From: an uncultured Gemmatimonadales bacterium
Lineage (GTDB): Bacteria; Gemmatimonadota; Gemmatimonadetes; Longimicrobiales; RSA9
DNA: 64,000 nucleotides
Direction: 5' to 3'
Assembly (NCBI GenBank): GCA_963708135.1
Contig: OY970192.1
Location: forward strand, 3,168,001 to 3,232,000
Below are positions 36,785 through 45,708 of the stretch, piece by piece. Position 1 is the first letter of the stretch; each line of letters begins with the position of its first letter. The translations under genes were made by a program, and so were the position numbers. A model generated the notes under the pieces. The model did no database searches. It worked only from the letters and a program-made list of their open reading frames with translations, and was not told the DNA's origin.

Positions 36785-39457
36785 ATGAGCGTGACCGAAG
36801 AGCTGCACGCGGCGCTCACGGGCCGCTACGCCATCGAGCGCGAGCTCGGCGCCGGCGGGATGGCCAGCGTCTATCTCGCCGAGGATCTCAGGCACCACCG
36901 CAAGGTGGCCATCAAGGTGCTGCACGCCGAGCTCTCGGCGGTGCTCGGGCCCGAGCGATTCCTCAAGGAGATCGAGCTCACGGCGGGGCTCCAGCACCCC
37001 CACATCCTGCCGCTCTTCGACAGCGGGAGCGCCGACGGGCTTCTCTACTACGTGATGCCGTACGTGGCCGGGGAGAGCCTGCGCGACCGCCTCGACCGGG
37101 AGGGGCAGCTGCCGGTCGCGGAGGCGGTCCGGATCGCCACGGAGACGGCCGACGCCCTCGACTACGCGCACCGCGGCGGCATCGTGCACCGCGACATCAA
37201 GCCCGAGAACATCCTGCTCCACGACGGTCACGTGGCGGTGGCGGACTTCGGCATCGCCCTCGCCGTCGAGCACGCAGGCACGCAGCGCCTGACGGCAACG
37301 GGGCTCTCGCTCGGCACGCCGCAGTACATGGCGCCCGAGCAGGCGACGGGGGAGCGCCGCATCGACGCGCGCGCCGACATCTACGCCCTGGGCGCCATCA
37401 CCTACGAGATGCTGGCCGGCGTGCCGCCATTCACCGGGCCCACCGCGCAGTCGATTCTCGCGCAGGTGATCACCTCCGACCCGCCCTCGCTCGTGGCGCA
37501 GCGCAGGAGCGTGCCGCCCCACCTCGAGGCGGCGGTGGCGCACGCGCTCGAGAAGCTGCCGGCGGATCGGTTCGCGACGGCCCGGGAGTTCGCCCTGGCC
37601 CTGGCGGGAGACGGCAGTGGTCTCGATGTGCGGTACGCGGGCCACGCGGGGCATTCCGTGACCGCGGTGCCGGCGCGCGCCCGCCTGGTGGCCCGGGCCC
37701 GGCAGGCGGCGCCATGGGCAGTCACGGCGGTCGCGCTCCTCGCGCTGGCGGGCGTGTCCTGGCGCGCCACGCACGCCCCCGCCGCCGCGCCGGTGCGCTT
37801 CGCGCTGTCGCTTCCTCCGGATCAGCACCTCGTGACCCGGGGATTACCGGTCGCGTTCTCGCCCGATGGGACGGCGCTCGCCTACGTCGCGACGACGGAC
37901 ACCGGACAGCAGGCCGCACTGTACTACAGGCCGCTCGGAGCACTCGAAGCGCGACAGCTGGCCGGCACCGAAGGCGCCTTCGGGCCCTTCTTCTCCCCCG
38001 ATGGCCAGTGGGTGGGCTTCTTCGTCGGAGAGCCGGGCGGCTACGTCCTGAAGAAGGTCCCGGTCGTATCCGGCGGAGCCGTCACGGTCGCGCCGGCGCC
38101 CAATGTCGCAGGCGGCGCCTGGGGGAGCAGCGACGTGATCGTCTTCGGCTCGCTAAGGGGCCTGTTCCGGGTCCCGGCCTCCGGCGGCACACCCGAGCTG
38201 GCGATCGCGGTCGACAACGCTAAAGGCGAGAAGACCTACCTGGAGCCGCACTTCCTCCCCGGCGGCCAGACGGTTCTCTTCGGGATCAGCTACTCCGCCG
38301 CCAGTGCCGACCGCGTCGGTGTAGCATCGCTCCGCTCGGGCAAGCGCGCCACCCTCGACCTGAACGGTCTCGTGAACGGCTACCTCGACGGCCACCTCAT
38401 CATCGCCGTGCGGCAGGGCGGGGGCGCGATCGGGTTGGCCGCCGTGCCGTTCGACCTCCGGCGCTGGCGCGTCGCCGGGCCCGCGGTGCCGCTGGTGAGC
38501 GACGTGGTCGGATCCTCCTTGTCCGACAACGGCTCGCTCGTCTACCTCCGCGGCGGCGGCCGGAACCGGTTGGTGTTCCTGGACGAGCGTGGCGCCCTCA
38601 CGCGAGATTCGGCTCCGCAGGGACCCTACGCCACGCCGCGCTTCTCGCCGGACGGCACCCGGATCGCGCTGGAGGGGAGAGGGACCGACTGGATCTATGA
38701 CATCGCCTCGGGCGCGCTGTCCCGAGCCACTGCCCGCGCGTCCGCAACATTTCCGGGCTGGACGCCGGATGGGCGGCACATCGTGTATCCGGTGTCGCCG
38801 AACGGCACGTACCAGGCGAGGAGGGAGCTGTGGTGGGTTCCAGCTGACGCAAGCGGACCGGAGGAGCGGCTGTACACCCTCCCGCAAGGCTTTGTCTTCG
38901 ACTGGTGCCCGACCTTCACGCCGGACGGCGCCAGCCTTGCCGAAGAGGTGACCTCCCTGCGCACACTGCGCCACGGCCTCTGGCGACTGACGCGCACCCA
39001 GGCGGGGCAATGGCAGGGCGCCCCTCTCTTCGAGTCCAACTTCAACGTCGAGGACCCGCGCCTCTCGCCCGATGGCCGATGGCTCGCGTACGACTCGGAC
39101 GAGACCGGCCGTTCGGAGGTGTACGTCCGGCCCTTCCCGGGCCCCGGCGGACGCGTGCAGGTCTCGGCCCGCGGCGGCGCGTTCCCGATGTGGTCCCCGG
39201 ACGGGCGGCGGCTCTACTACCAGCCCCCGGCCCGGGGCGGCCGGCTGCGCGTCGCCTCCCTGTCCTTCACACCCGCGCTCGCCGTGCGCGCCCGCGGCGA
39301 CGGCTTCGCCGAATCGGACGGCCCCGGTGAAATCGACCTGCGACCGGACGGCAAGGGCTTCGTGGCGGTTCGGGCCGCCACGCCAAGCCGCGAGGCGATC
39401 GTCGTGCTCAACTGGCGCGAGGAGCTGCGCCGGAAGCTGGCGGCGGCGGAGCGGTGA
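36785..39457 (+). CDS. Ser/Thr protein kinase with TolB-like beta-propeller
   Basis: LGAGGMASVY, VAIK, HRDIKPEN, DFG, GTPQYMAPE; multiple SPDG repeats. Confidence 0.95.
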   Translation: MSVTEELHAALTGRYAIERELGAGGMASVYLAEDLRHHRKVAIKVLHAELSAVLGPERFLKEIELTAGLQHPHILPLFDSGSADGLLYYVMPYVAGESLRDRLDREGQLPVAEAVRIATETADALDYAHRGGIVHRDIKPENILLHDGHVAVADFGIALAVEHAGTQRLTATGLSLGTPQYMAPEQATGERRIDARADIYALGAITYEMLAGVPPFTGPTAQSILAQVITSDPPSLVAQRRSVPPHLEAAVAHALEKLPADRFATAREFALALAGDGSGLDVRYAGHAGHSVTAVPARARLVARARQAAPWAVTAVALLALAGVSWRATHAPAAAPVRFALSLPPDQHLVTRGLPVAFSPDGTALAYVATTDTGQQAALYYRPLGALEARQLAGTEGAFGPFFSPDGQWVGFFVGEPGGYVLKKVPVVSGGAVTVAPAPNVAGGAWGSSDVIVFGSLRGLFRVPASGGTPELAIAVDNAKGEKTYLEPHFLPGGQTVLFGISYSAASADRVGVASLRSGKRATLDLNGLVNGYLDGHLIIAVRQGGGAIGLAAVPFDLRRWRVAGPAVPLVSDVVGSSLSDNGSLVYLRGGGRNRLVFLDERGALTRDSAPQGPYATPRFSPDGTRIALEGRGTDWIYDIASGALSRATARASATFPGWTPDGRHIVYPVSPNGTYQARRELWWVPADASGPEERLYTLPQGFVFDWCPTFTPDGASLAEEVTSLRTLRHGLWRLTRTQAGQWQGAPLFESNFNVEDPRLSPDGRWLAYDSDETGRSEVYVRPFPGPGGRVQVSARGGAFPMWSPDGRRLYYQPPARGGRLRVASLSFTPALAVRARGDGFAESDGPGEIDLRPDGKGFVAVRAATPSREAIVVLNWREELRRKLAAAER

Positions 39458-39583
39458 CGAGCGCCGCGCCGCTAACCCGCCGGCCCCGCCCTCGGCTTCG
39501 CCCGCATCGAGCGCTGCCGCCCCGACAAGCCGGCCCCCGGGCCCTGCACCATCGCGAGGGTGAGGGAGATGGCGGGACGCTGA
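39456..39583 (+). repeat. Degenerate direct copy of the ligase 3' end (36322-36445)
   Basis: Shared GCTTCGCCCGCATC, CCGACAAG, ATCGCGAGGGTGAGGGAGAT and terminal CGCTGA. Confidence 0.85.
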
Positions 39584-39606
39584 GCCGGCCGGGCTGCCCC
39601 GACCGG

Positions 39607-39894
39607 TCAGAAGCTCGCGACGACCTCGCGCACCTCGACCGTGCGGAACTTCACGCCCTCCGGCGCCCCGCGAGGCGCTTCGCCGACCCTGAGCATCGAC
39701 GCCATCGCCTTCGCCGCCGACTCGTCCGGGAAGACGATCACCCCAATGCCGCGACCGCCCTGCGGGCTCAGCCAGAACCCCATCGAGGCGCCCTGCGACC
39801 TGGCCATCGGGATGGCCGTGTCGTTCAACGTCTGCCGCGCCTGGTCCTGCGACGCCCCCCCGGGCACGTCCACCTCGGTGAAAACCGCGTACAT
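39607..39894 (-). CDS. Small hypothetical protein
   Basis: AGGAGG RBS; 95 aa, MYAVF...VEVREVVASF. Confidence 0.75.
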   Translation of the reverse strand: MYAVFTEVDVPGGASQDQARQTLNDTAIPMARSQGASMGFWLSPQGGRGIGVIVFPDESAAKAMASMLRVGEAPRGAPEGVKFRTVEVREVVASF

Positions 39895-40086
39895 GGCCCC
39901 TCCTTCCGCTCGGTAGAGTACTGGTCACGCGAATGCGAGACTCTGCCTGTCCCGCGTCGAAACGTCAATAGTGGTCCCGCCGCCCACCCGGACCCTGCAG
40001 AAAGGTCCGCCCACACGCACAGCCGCCGGCCGGGCGCGCTCGGCGCCGCCGCCGCGGTTGCCCGGCAGGGAGGGATAGCGCACCCG

Positions 40087-40105
40087 GGGGCTTGCGGCAA
40101 GACGG
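40087..40105 (+). promoter_or_regulatory. RAE-like (rifamycin-associated element) motif
   Basis: GGGGCTTGCGGCAAGACGG versus the RAE consensus as I recall it, GGGGCTTGCGGCAAGGCCC; about 70 bp upstream of the monooxygenase. Confidence 0.65.
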
Positions 40106-40176
40106 CGGTCGTGCCGCACTGTTCGGGGCCGAACGATCCATGAGAGACGCTGGGACCGACGGAAACGGGAGTCGCA

Positions 40177-41643
40177 ATGATCGAGCATGAGGTGGTGATC
40201 GCCGGAGGAGGTCCGACGGGGCTGATGCTGGCGGGGGAGCTGGCGCTGGCGGGTGTGGATGTCGCCATCGTGGAGCGACGCGCCGGCCAGGATCTCGTCG
40301 GCTCGCGCGCGGGCGGGCTGCACGCACGCACCATCGAGGTCCTCGATCAGCGCGGAATCGCCGATCGCTTCCTGTCGCAGGGGAAGGTGGCCCAGGTCGC
40401 GGCTTTCGCCTGGATCCCTCTGGACATCAGCGACTTTCCCACGCGGCACAACTACGGGCTCGCGCTGTGGCAGACCCACATCGAGCGCATTCTCGCCGCC
40501 TGGGTCGCCGAGCTGGCGGTGCCGATCTATCGCGGGCGTGAGGTGACCGGTTTCGGGCAGGACGACGCCGGCGTCGACGTCCAGCTGTCCGACGGCCAGT
40601 CGCTGCGGGCGGACTACCTCGTCGGGTGCGACGGCGGACGCAGCCTGGTCCGGAAGGCCGCCGGCATCGACTTCCCCGGGTGGGAGGCGACGACCAGCAA
40701 CCTGATCGCCGAGGTCGAGCTGGCCGAGGAGCCGGAATGGGGCCTGGGCCGCGACGCCCGCGGCATCCATTCGCTGAGCAGGCTGGCGGATGGGGGGCCG
40801 GTGCGAGTCCTCGTGACCGAACGGCGCCTCGGCCGGACCGGCGAACCCACCCTGCGCGATCTCAGCGACGAGCTCGTCGCCGTGTACGGGACCGACTACG
40901 GCGTCCACAGTCCCACCTGGATCTCGCGATTCACCGACATGGCTCGGCAGGCGGCTTCCTACCGCAAGCGACGGGTGCTGCTGGCCGGCGACGCCGCGCA
41001 CGTCCATTACCCGGTGGGCGGACAGGGCCTCAACATCGGCGTGCAGGATGCGGTGAATCTCGGGTGGAAGCTGGGCCGTGTCGTCGGGAAGACGTCGCCG
41101 GAAAGCCTCCTCGATACGTACCATGCCGAGCGCCACCCCGTGGCTGCCCGCGTGCTGCGCGACACGATGGCGCAGGTCGCGCTGCTCCGCACGGATGACC
41201 GCACCAACGCGCTGCGCGAGATCGTCACCGAGCTGCTCGGCATGGACGAGCCTCGCCAGCGGCTCGCCGCCAGGATGTCCGGCCTCGACATTCATTACGA
41301 TCTCGGCGTGGGACACCCGCTGCTCGGGCGCCGCGTGCCCGATCTCGACCTGGTCGCCGCCGACGGCCCGCTGCGCCTCTTCTCCCTCCTGCACGATGCC
41401 CGGCCGGTGCTCCTCGACCTCGGTGAGCCCGGCGGCTTCGACATCAGTCCATGGGCAGGTCGCGTTCAGTCGCTGGAGGCCAGGTACGAGGGCAGGTGGG
41501 AGCTTCCCGTGATCGGCGAGGTCACCCCGCCGGCGGCCGTGTTGATTCGGCCGGACGGATACGTGGCCTGGGTGGGCGACGGAACGACGGTCGGGCTTTC
41601 CGACGCGCTGACCACCTGGTTCGGACCGCCTGCTGCGGCGTAG
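40177..41643 (+). CDS. FAD-dependent monooxygenase, rifampin monooxygenase (Rox)-like
   Basis: GGGPTGLMLAGEL, GLHARTIEVLDQRG, LVGCDGGRS, GTDYGVHSPTWISRF, LAGDAAH..GGQGLN. Confidence 0.85.
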   Translation: MIEHEVVIAGGGPTGLMLAGELALAGVDVAIVERRAGQDLVGSRAGGLHARTIEVLDQRGIADRFLSQGKVAQVAAFAWIPLDISDFPTRHNYGLALWQTHIERILAAWVAELAVPIYRGREVTGFGQDDAGVDVQLSDGQSLRADYLVGCDGGRSLVRKAAGIDFPGWEATTSNLIAEVELAEEPEWGLGRDARGIHSLSRLADGGPVRVLVTERRLGRTGEPTLRDLSDELVAVYGTDYGVHSPTWISRFTDMARQAASYRKRRVLLAGDAAHVHYPVGGQGLNIGVQDAVNLGWKLGRVVGKTSPESLLDTYHAERHPVAARVLRDTMAQVALLRTDDRTNALREIVTELLGMDEPRQRLAARMSGLDIHYDLGVGHPLLGRRVPDLDLVAADGPLRLFSLLHDARPVLLDLGEPGGFDISPWAGRVQSLEARYEGRWELPVIGEVTPPAAVLIRPDGYVAWVGDGTTVGLSDALTTWFGPPAAA

Positions 41644-41832
41644 CGCACGGCGCGCCCAGGCGACCGGACGTCGGCGCGAGCTCGGGTTGGCTCCGGTCCG
41701 GGTTCGCTTCTTGCGCTCTGGACGGGGTCAGCGCCGGCCATACCATCCCACGACGAGAGCAGGTTGGACATGGACAAGTCGGACCTCACGCGCCTGGTGG
41801 CGCAACGCGGCGGGCGCCGCCGCCGCTGAGTC

Positions 41833-42795
41833 GTGGCCGTCCTGCTCGTGGTGGTTGGCTCTCTGCTCGTCGGGCTCGTGCTGACCGATGTCTTCTTCAC
41901 CGTCTTCCACCCCACCGCGCATGCCGGTCCGCTGACCCGCTTCCAGAGCCGCACGGTGTGGCGGGCTACGCGACGGGTCGGCGGCTGCGGCGGGCGCACG
42001 CGCGAGCGCGTGCTGTCCGTCGGCGGTCCGGTGATCGCGGCGCTCACCCCCGTGGCCTGGCTACTCCTCCTGGTCGTCGGCTTCACGCTCATCCACTACC
42101 CCTTCGTGCTTTCGTTCGCCTTCTCGCCCGAGAACCGGGGAGCGCGCTGGCTCGACTCGTTCTACTACAGCGGCTACCTGGCGACCACCCTCGGCCTCGG
42201 CGACATCGTCCCCCGCGCCGGCGTGTTCCGGCTGCTGGCCGTGTTTGAGGCGTTCCTCGGGTTCGGTCTGTTTTCCGTGGGGATCACCTACGTCCTCTCG
42301 ATCTACACCCAGCTGTCGGCCCAGATGGCCCTCGCCACCACCATCGATCATGCGCTGGCGGATGCCGATCCGATGGACTGGCGGAACCCGGACCCCACCG
42401 AGCTCCAGTGGTCGTTCACCCTGGCACGCCACGTGGCACAGCAGCTCTCCCGGGCGAACCGGGCCAACAGCCAGTACCCGATCCTCCAGTACTTCCGGCA
42501 TCCCCACCCCCGCGATGCCCTTGCCGTGCAGGTGGGCCGCCTCATCCGATGGCTTCACGAGCTCGAGGCCGCCTCGCCCGAGCGGGACTGGTTCCGCAGC
42601 CGCTCCCCCTTCCGCACGCTGCGCCGTGCCGTGGACGAGTACATCCGGGAGGTCCCCCAGCACCTGCTGCCGGGACGGGACACGGGCGAGGACGTGGACT
42701 GGGACCGTGAACACGCCCGGCTCCTCCACTACCTCTGCTACGACGACGTCCCGTCCGCCGCCGCCCCGGGCCGAGCGAGGGAGCCGGGGCGATGA
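41833..42795 (+). CDS. Potassium-channel-family (Ion_trans_2) protein
   Basis: TM segments; SFYYSG..TTLGLGDIVP pore-like motif. Confidence 0.85.
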   Translation: MAVLLVVVGSLLVGLVLTDVFFTVFHPTAHAGPLTRFQSRTVWRATRRVGGCGGRTRERVLSVGGPVIAALTPVAWLLLLVVGFTLIHYPFVLSFAFSPENRGARWLDSFYYSGYLATTLGLGDIVPRAGVFRLLAVFEAFLGFGLFSVGITYVLSIYTQLSAQMALATTIDHALADADPMDWRNPDPTELQWSFTLARHVAQQLSRANRANSQYPILQYFRHPHPRDALAVQVGRLIRWLHELEAASPERDWFRSRSPFRTLRRAVDEYIREVPQHLLPGRDTGEDVDWDREHARLLHYLCYDDVPSAAAPGRAREPGR

Positions 42796-43643
42796 GCGGC
42801 GGACGCGACGCGAGCCACTACTGGAAGGGCATAGCCCGCGGCTTCGGCGGCGCGCTGCTCTTCTCGCTCCCGCTGTACATGACCATGGAAATGTGGTGGC
42901 TCGGGTTCTACATGAGCCCGCTCCGGCTGGCGGCGCTGCTGCTGTTCGGGATGCCGCTGCTGGTGGGGCTCGCCTCCATCTCGGGAATCCAGCAATCAAA
43001 CGGGTTCCGCGAGGCCCTCCTGGGGGGATTGACGGCGTACGGCATCGGCCTGGTCTCCAGTGCCGTGCTGCTGACCGTAATCGGCGTGATCGGCGGGACC
43101 GACCCGCTGTCGGACGTGGCCGGCAGGATCGGGGTGCAGGCGCTCCCCGCCGGCATCGGCGCCTCCCTGGCTCGCAGCCAGCTCGGCGACACCGGGAGCC
43201 AGGCCAGGCAGAAGGAGCAGCGATCGTCGGGCGAGCCGCAGATCCATGGCGGGGCCTATACGGCCGAGCTGTTCCTTATGCTGGCGGGGTCGATCTACGT
43301 GGCGTTCAACGTCGCGCCGACGCAGGAGATGAACCTGCTGTCCTACATCGCGCGGCCCGTCCACGTCCTCGCGACCGCGGTCCTGACGATCGTGGTCATG
43401 CACGCGTTCGTCTACGCCATGGAGTTCCGCGGCGCCCCGTACGGTGGCTCCGACACGCGCTGGTGGAGCCTGCTGCTCCGATACACGGTGCCCGGGTACG
43501 TAATCGCCCTGGTGACGAGCGGGGTGCTGCTGTGGGTGTTCGGTCGCATGGAGAACAGCGTCCTGGAGTGGGTGGTCCTGCGATCGGTGGTGCTGGGCCT
43601 GCCCGCCGGCCTGGGCGCGGCGGCCGCCCGACTGGTGGTGTGA
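42792..43643 (+). CDS. TIGR02587-family membrane protein
   Basis: GGALLFSLPLYMTMEMWWLG; NVAPTQE; GAAAARL. Confidence 0.85.
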   Translation: MSGGRDASHYWKGIARGFGGALLFSLPLYMTMEMWWLGFYMSPLRLAALLLFGMPLLVGLASISGIQQSNGFREALLGGLTAYGIGLVSSAVLLTVIGVIGGTDPLSDVAGRIGVQALPAGIGASLARSQLGDTGSQARQKEQRSSGEPQIHGGAYTAELFLMLAGSIYVAFNVAPTQEMNLLSYIARPVHVLATAVLTIVVMHAFVYAMEFRGAPYGGSDTRWWSLLLRYTVPGYVIALVTSGVLLWVFGRMENSVLEWVVLRSVVLGLPAGLGAAAARLVV

Positions 43644-43644
43644 G

Positions 43645-44160
43645 ATGACCATGACGGAACGGGACGATCACGGCGACCGGAGCGGTGGGAACGAGCCCCG
43701 CCACCGGAGCGACAACCGTCGCGGCGGTGGGGGCGAGCGTGGCGGTCCGGCCGACGGCGGCGAGGGCAGGCGCCAGAGCGGCGCTGGCGGCACCTCGGTC
43801 TGGGAATGGGTGGTCGCCGGGATGAGCACGGCCCTGGTGCTGGCGCTCATCGCCTACCTGGTCTACCTGGGAGTGTCGGCTCCCCACACACCGCCGCACG
43901 TGACCATCAGGCGAGACACGGTGACGGCCATGGAGGGCGGCTACGTGGTCACCTTCACCGCTCGCAACACGGGCGGGGCCACGGCGGCCTCGGTGCAGGT
44001 GGACGGAGAGCTGAAAGCGGACACGGCGACCATCGAGAAGCGGAGCGCGACGCTGCGCTTCGTCCCGGCCGGCGCCACCCGCCATGGCGGGCTGTTCTTC
44101 ACACACGACCCCCGCTCCTACCGCCTGGAGCTGAGCGCGAGCGGTTACGACCGGCCCTGA
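43645..44160 (+). CDS. TIGR02588-family protein
   Basis: WEWVVAG..; NTGGATAASVQV; GGLFFTHDP..GY. Confidence 0.82.
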   Translation: MTMTERDDHGDRSGGNEPRHRSDNRRGGGGERGGPADGGEGRRQSGAGGTSVWEWVVAGMSTALVLALIAYLVYLGVSAPHTPPHVTIRRDTVTAMEGGYVVTFTARNTGGATAASVQVDGELKADTATIEKRSATLRFVPAGATRHGGLFFTHDPRSYRLELSASGYDRP

Positions 44161-44185
44161 TCTCCCCTGAGCGGCCGCCGGCGAA

Positions 44186-44212
44186 GCCCGCAGCGAGCAA
44201 ATCGCTGCGGGC
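44186..44212. terminator. 11-bp hairpin after the TIGR02588-family gene
   Basis: GCCCGCAGCGA-gcaaa-TCGCTGCGGGC; no T tract. Confidence 0.4.
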
Positions 44213-44940
44213 GTTGCGCATCTCCGTCATTCCGCGTGGAAGCGCGGACGCGATCTGGCGCGGTAAGCCCCGCCGGTCAGCGCCGCCGGAGCGCGGCCGC
44301 GGGCGAGGAGCCGCCGAGCGTCACGGCCGCACCGCGGGGCGGTGGCGGCCGGGAGCCGGCCGGATTCCGCTTCACGACGCGGAATATGGCCTTCGAGAGA
44401 CGGGGCCTCCGCCTGCGCCGGTGAGCCGTATCGTCCCACGCCGCCCCGGCGCTCCGAGGCGAGGTGGCGCCGGCACGCTCGACCATCTTCCGTAGATCGT
44501 TCTCGTCGAAGAAGCGCGTCAGCATCTCACGGTTCCGGGCGAGTCGTTCAACGGAGCGCGATCATGCGATCGAGATCTGCGCGAGGGCATCACGGCCGTG
44601 GGGAGATCTCCCACGCGAACGTCCCCGAACCTCCCTACGCCCGCGGGCCCTCGCTGTCCTTACCTTGGCGGCATCCCCCCGCTGGCGAAGCCGGGAACCT
44701 TCACGCCGGAGGAAAGCATGCAGCTGGGGCCGTCCACCATGCGACTGCTGCCGAGTGGAAGGTCTGGACTCAGGCGGCCCTGGCGTTCGCGACCATCTAC
44801 GCCCTCCTTACCGGCACGGTGTACTACGGCCAGCTGACGTACGTGGCACCGCACATGTTGCGCGGGGACATGGCGGGGATCCTCGCCATCCTCTTCCGGC
44901 GCGCCGAAACCCTTGCCGCGGAACCCGCCGTGTTCGCCGG

Positions 44941-45708
44941 ATGAGCTTCCGGAAGGATCTGGCTGTCGCGAGGGCGCGGCTCGCGAGCGTCCCGAGCTCC
45001 GTCTACGAATCCACGTTCGGCGACATCGAGTACCTCCTGGAGGGTGCGGGACCGACGGTACTCGTGTGCCACGGCGTTACCGGCGGGGTAGACCAGGGCA
45101 TTCGCCTGGCCCGGGACTTCCGCATCCTCCCCAATGGGTGCCGCTTCCTCTACGTATCGCGATTCGGCTACCTCAGGTCCTGGCTTCCCGAACATGCCTC
45201 CGCGCAGCGGCAGGCGAGCGCCTACCTCGAGCTCCTGGACCACCTGGACATCCGTCGCGCGTTCGTCTTCGGAAACTCCGCAGGTGGCCCCTCGGTCATG
45301 TGGTTCGCCATCGACAGCCCCGAGCGGACGCAGGGCCTGATCCTGGTCTCATCGGTCGTGCCCGGTGCCCGCGTCGCCCCCACGCCGGGGCCCGTGTTCA
45401 AACATGACCTCCTGTACAAGAACGCCTTCGAGGCCGCACTTCCCATCACGCGGAGGAGCCACGGCGTCTTCTTCGACAACGGAATCTCCACACCTTCGAT
45501 CGAGGACATCCCGTTCGAGCGAATCGCGGCACCGACCCTCATCGTCCACGCCGTGGATGATCCCGCCCCGCCCATCGCCGGCGCGCGTGCAGTCGCCGCG
45601 AGGATCCCTCGGTGCGATCTGGTGACGTTGGATGGAGGTCATCTTCTCCTGAGACGGGGAGATGACGCCCGGCGGGCGATCGAGAGGTTCATCGCCCAGA
45701 ATCCGTGA
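44941..45708 (+). CDS. Alpha/beta hydrolase
   Basis: HGVTGG, SRFGYL, GNSAGG, HAVDD, GGH. Confidence 0.82.
   Translation: MSFRKDLAVARARLASVPSSVYESTFGDIEYLLEGAGPTVLVCHGVTGGVDQGIRLARDFRILPNGCRFLYVSRFGYLRSWLPEHASAQRQASAYLELLDHLDIRRAFVFGNSAGGPSVMWFAIDSPERTQGLILVSSVVPGARVAPTPGPVFKHDLLYKNAFEAALPITRRSHGVFFDNGISTPSIEDIPFERIAAPTLIVHAVDDPAPPIAGARAVAARIPRCDLVTLDGGHLLLRRGDDARRAIERFIAQNP

Noticed and set aside
44277..44940. Intact genes between the TIGR02588-family gene and the hydrolase
   Set aside because: Only short protein-like patches with stops or abrupt joins; no product can be supported.
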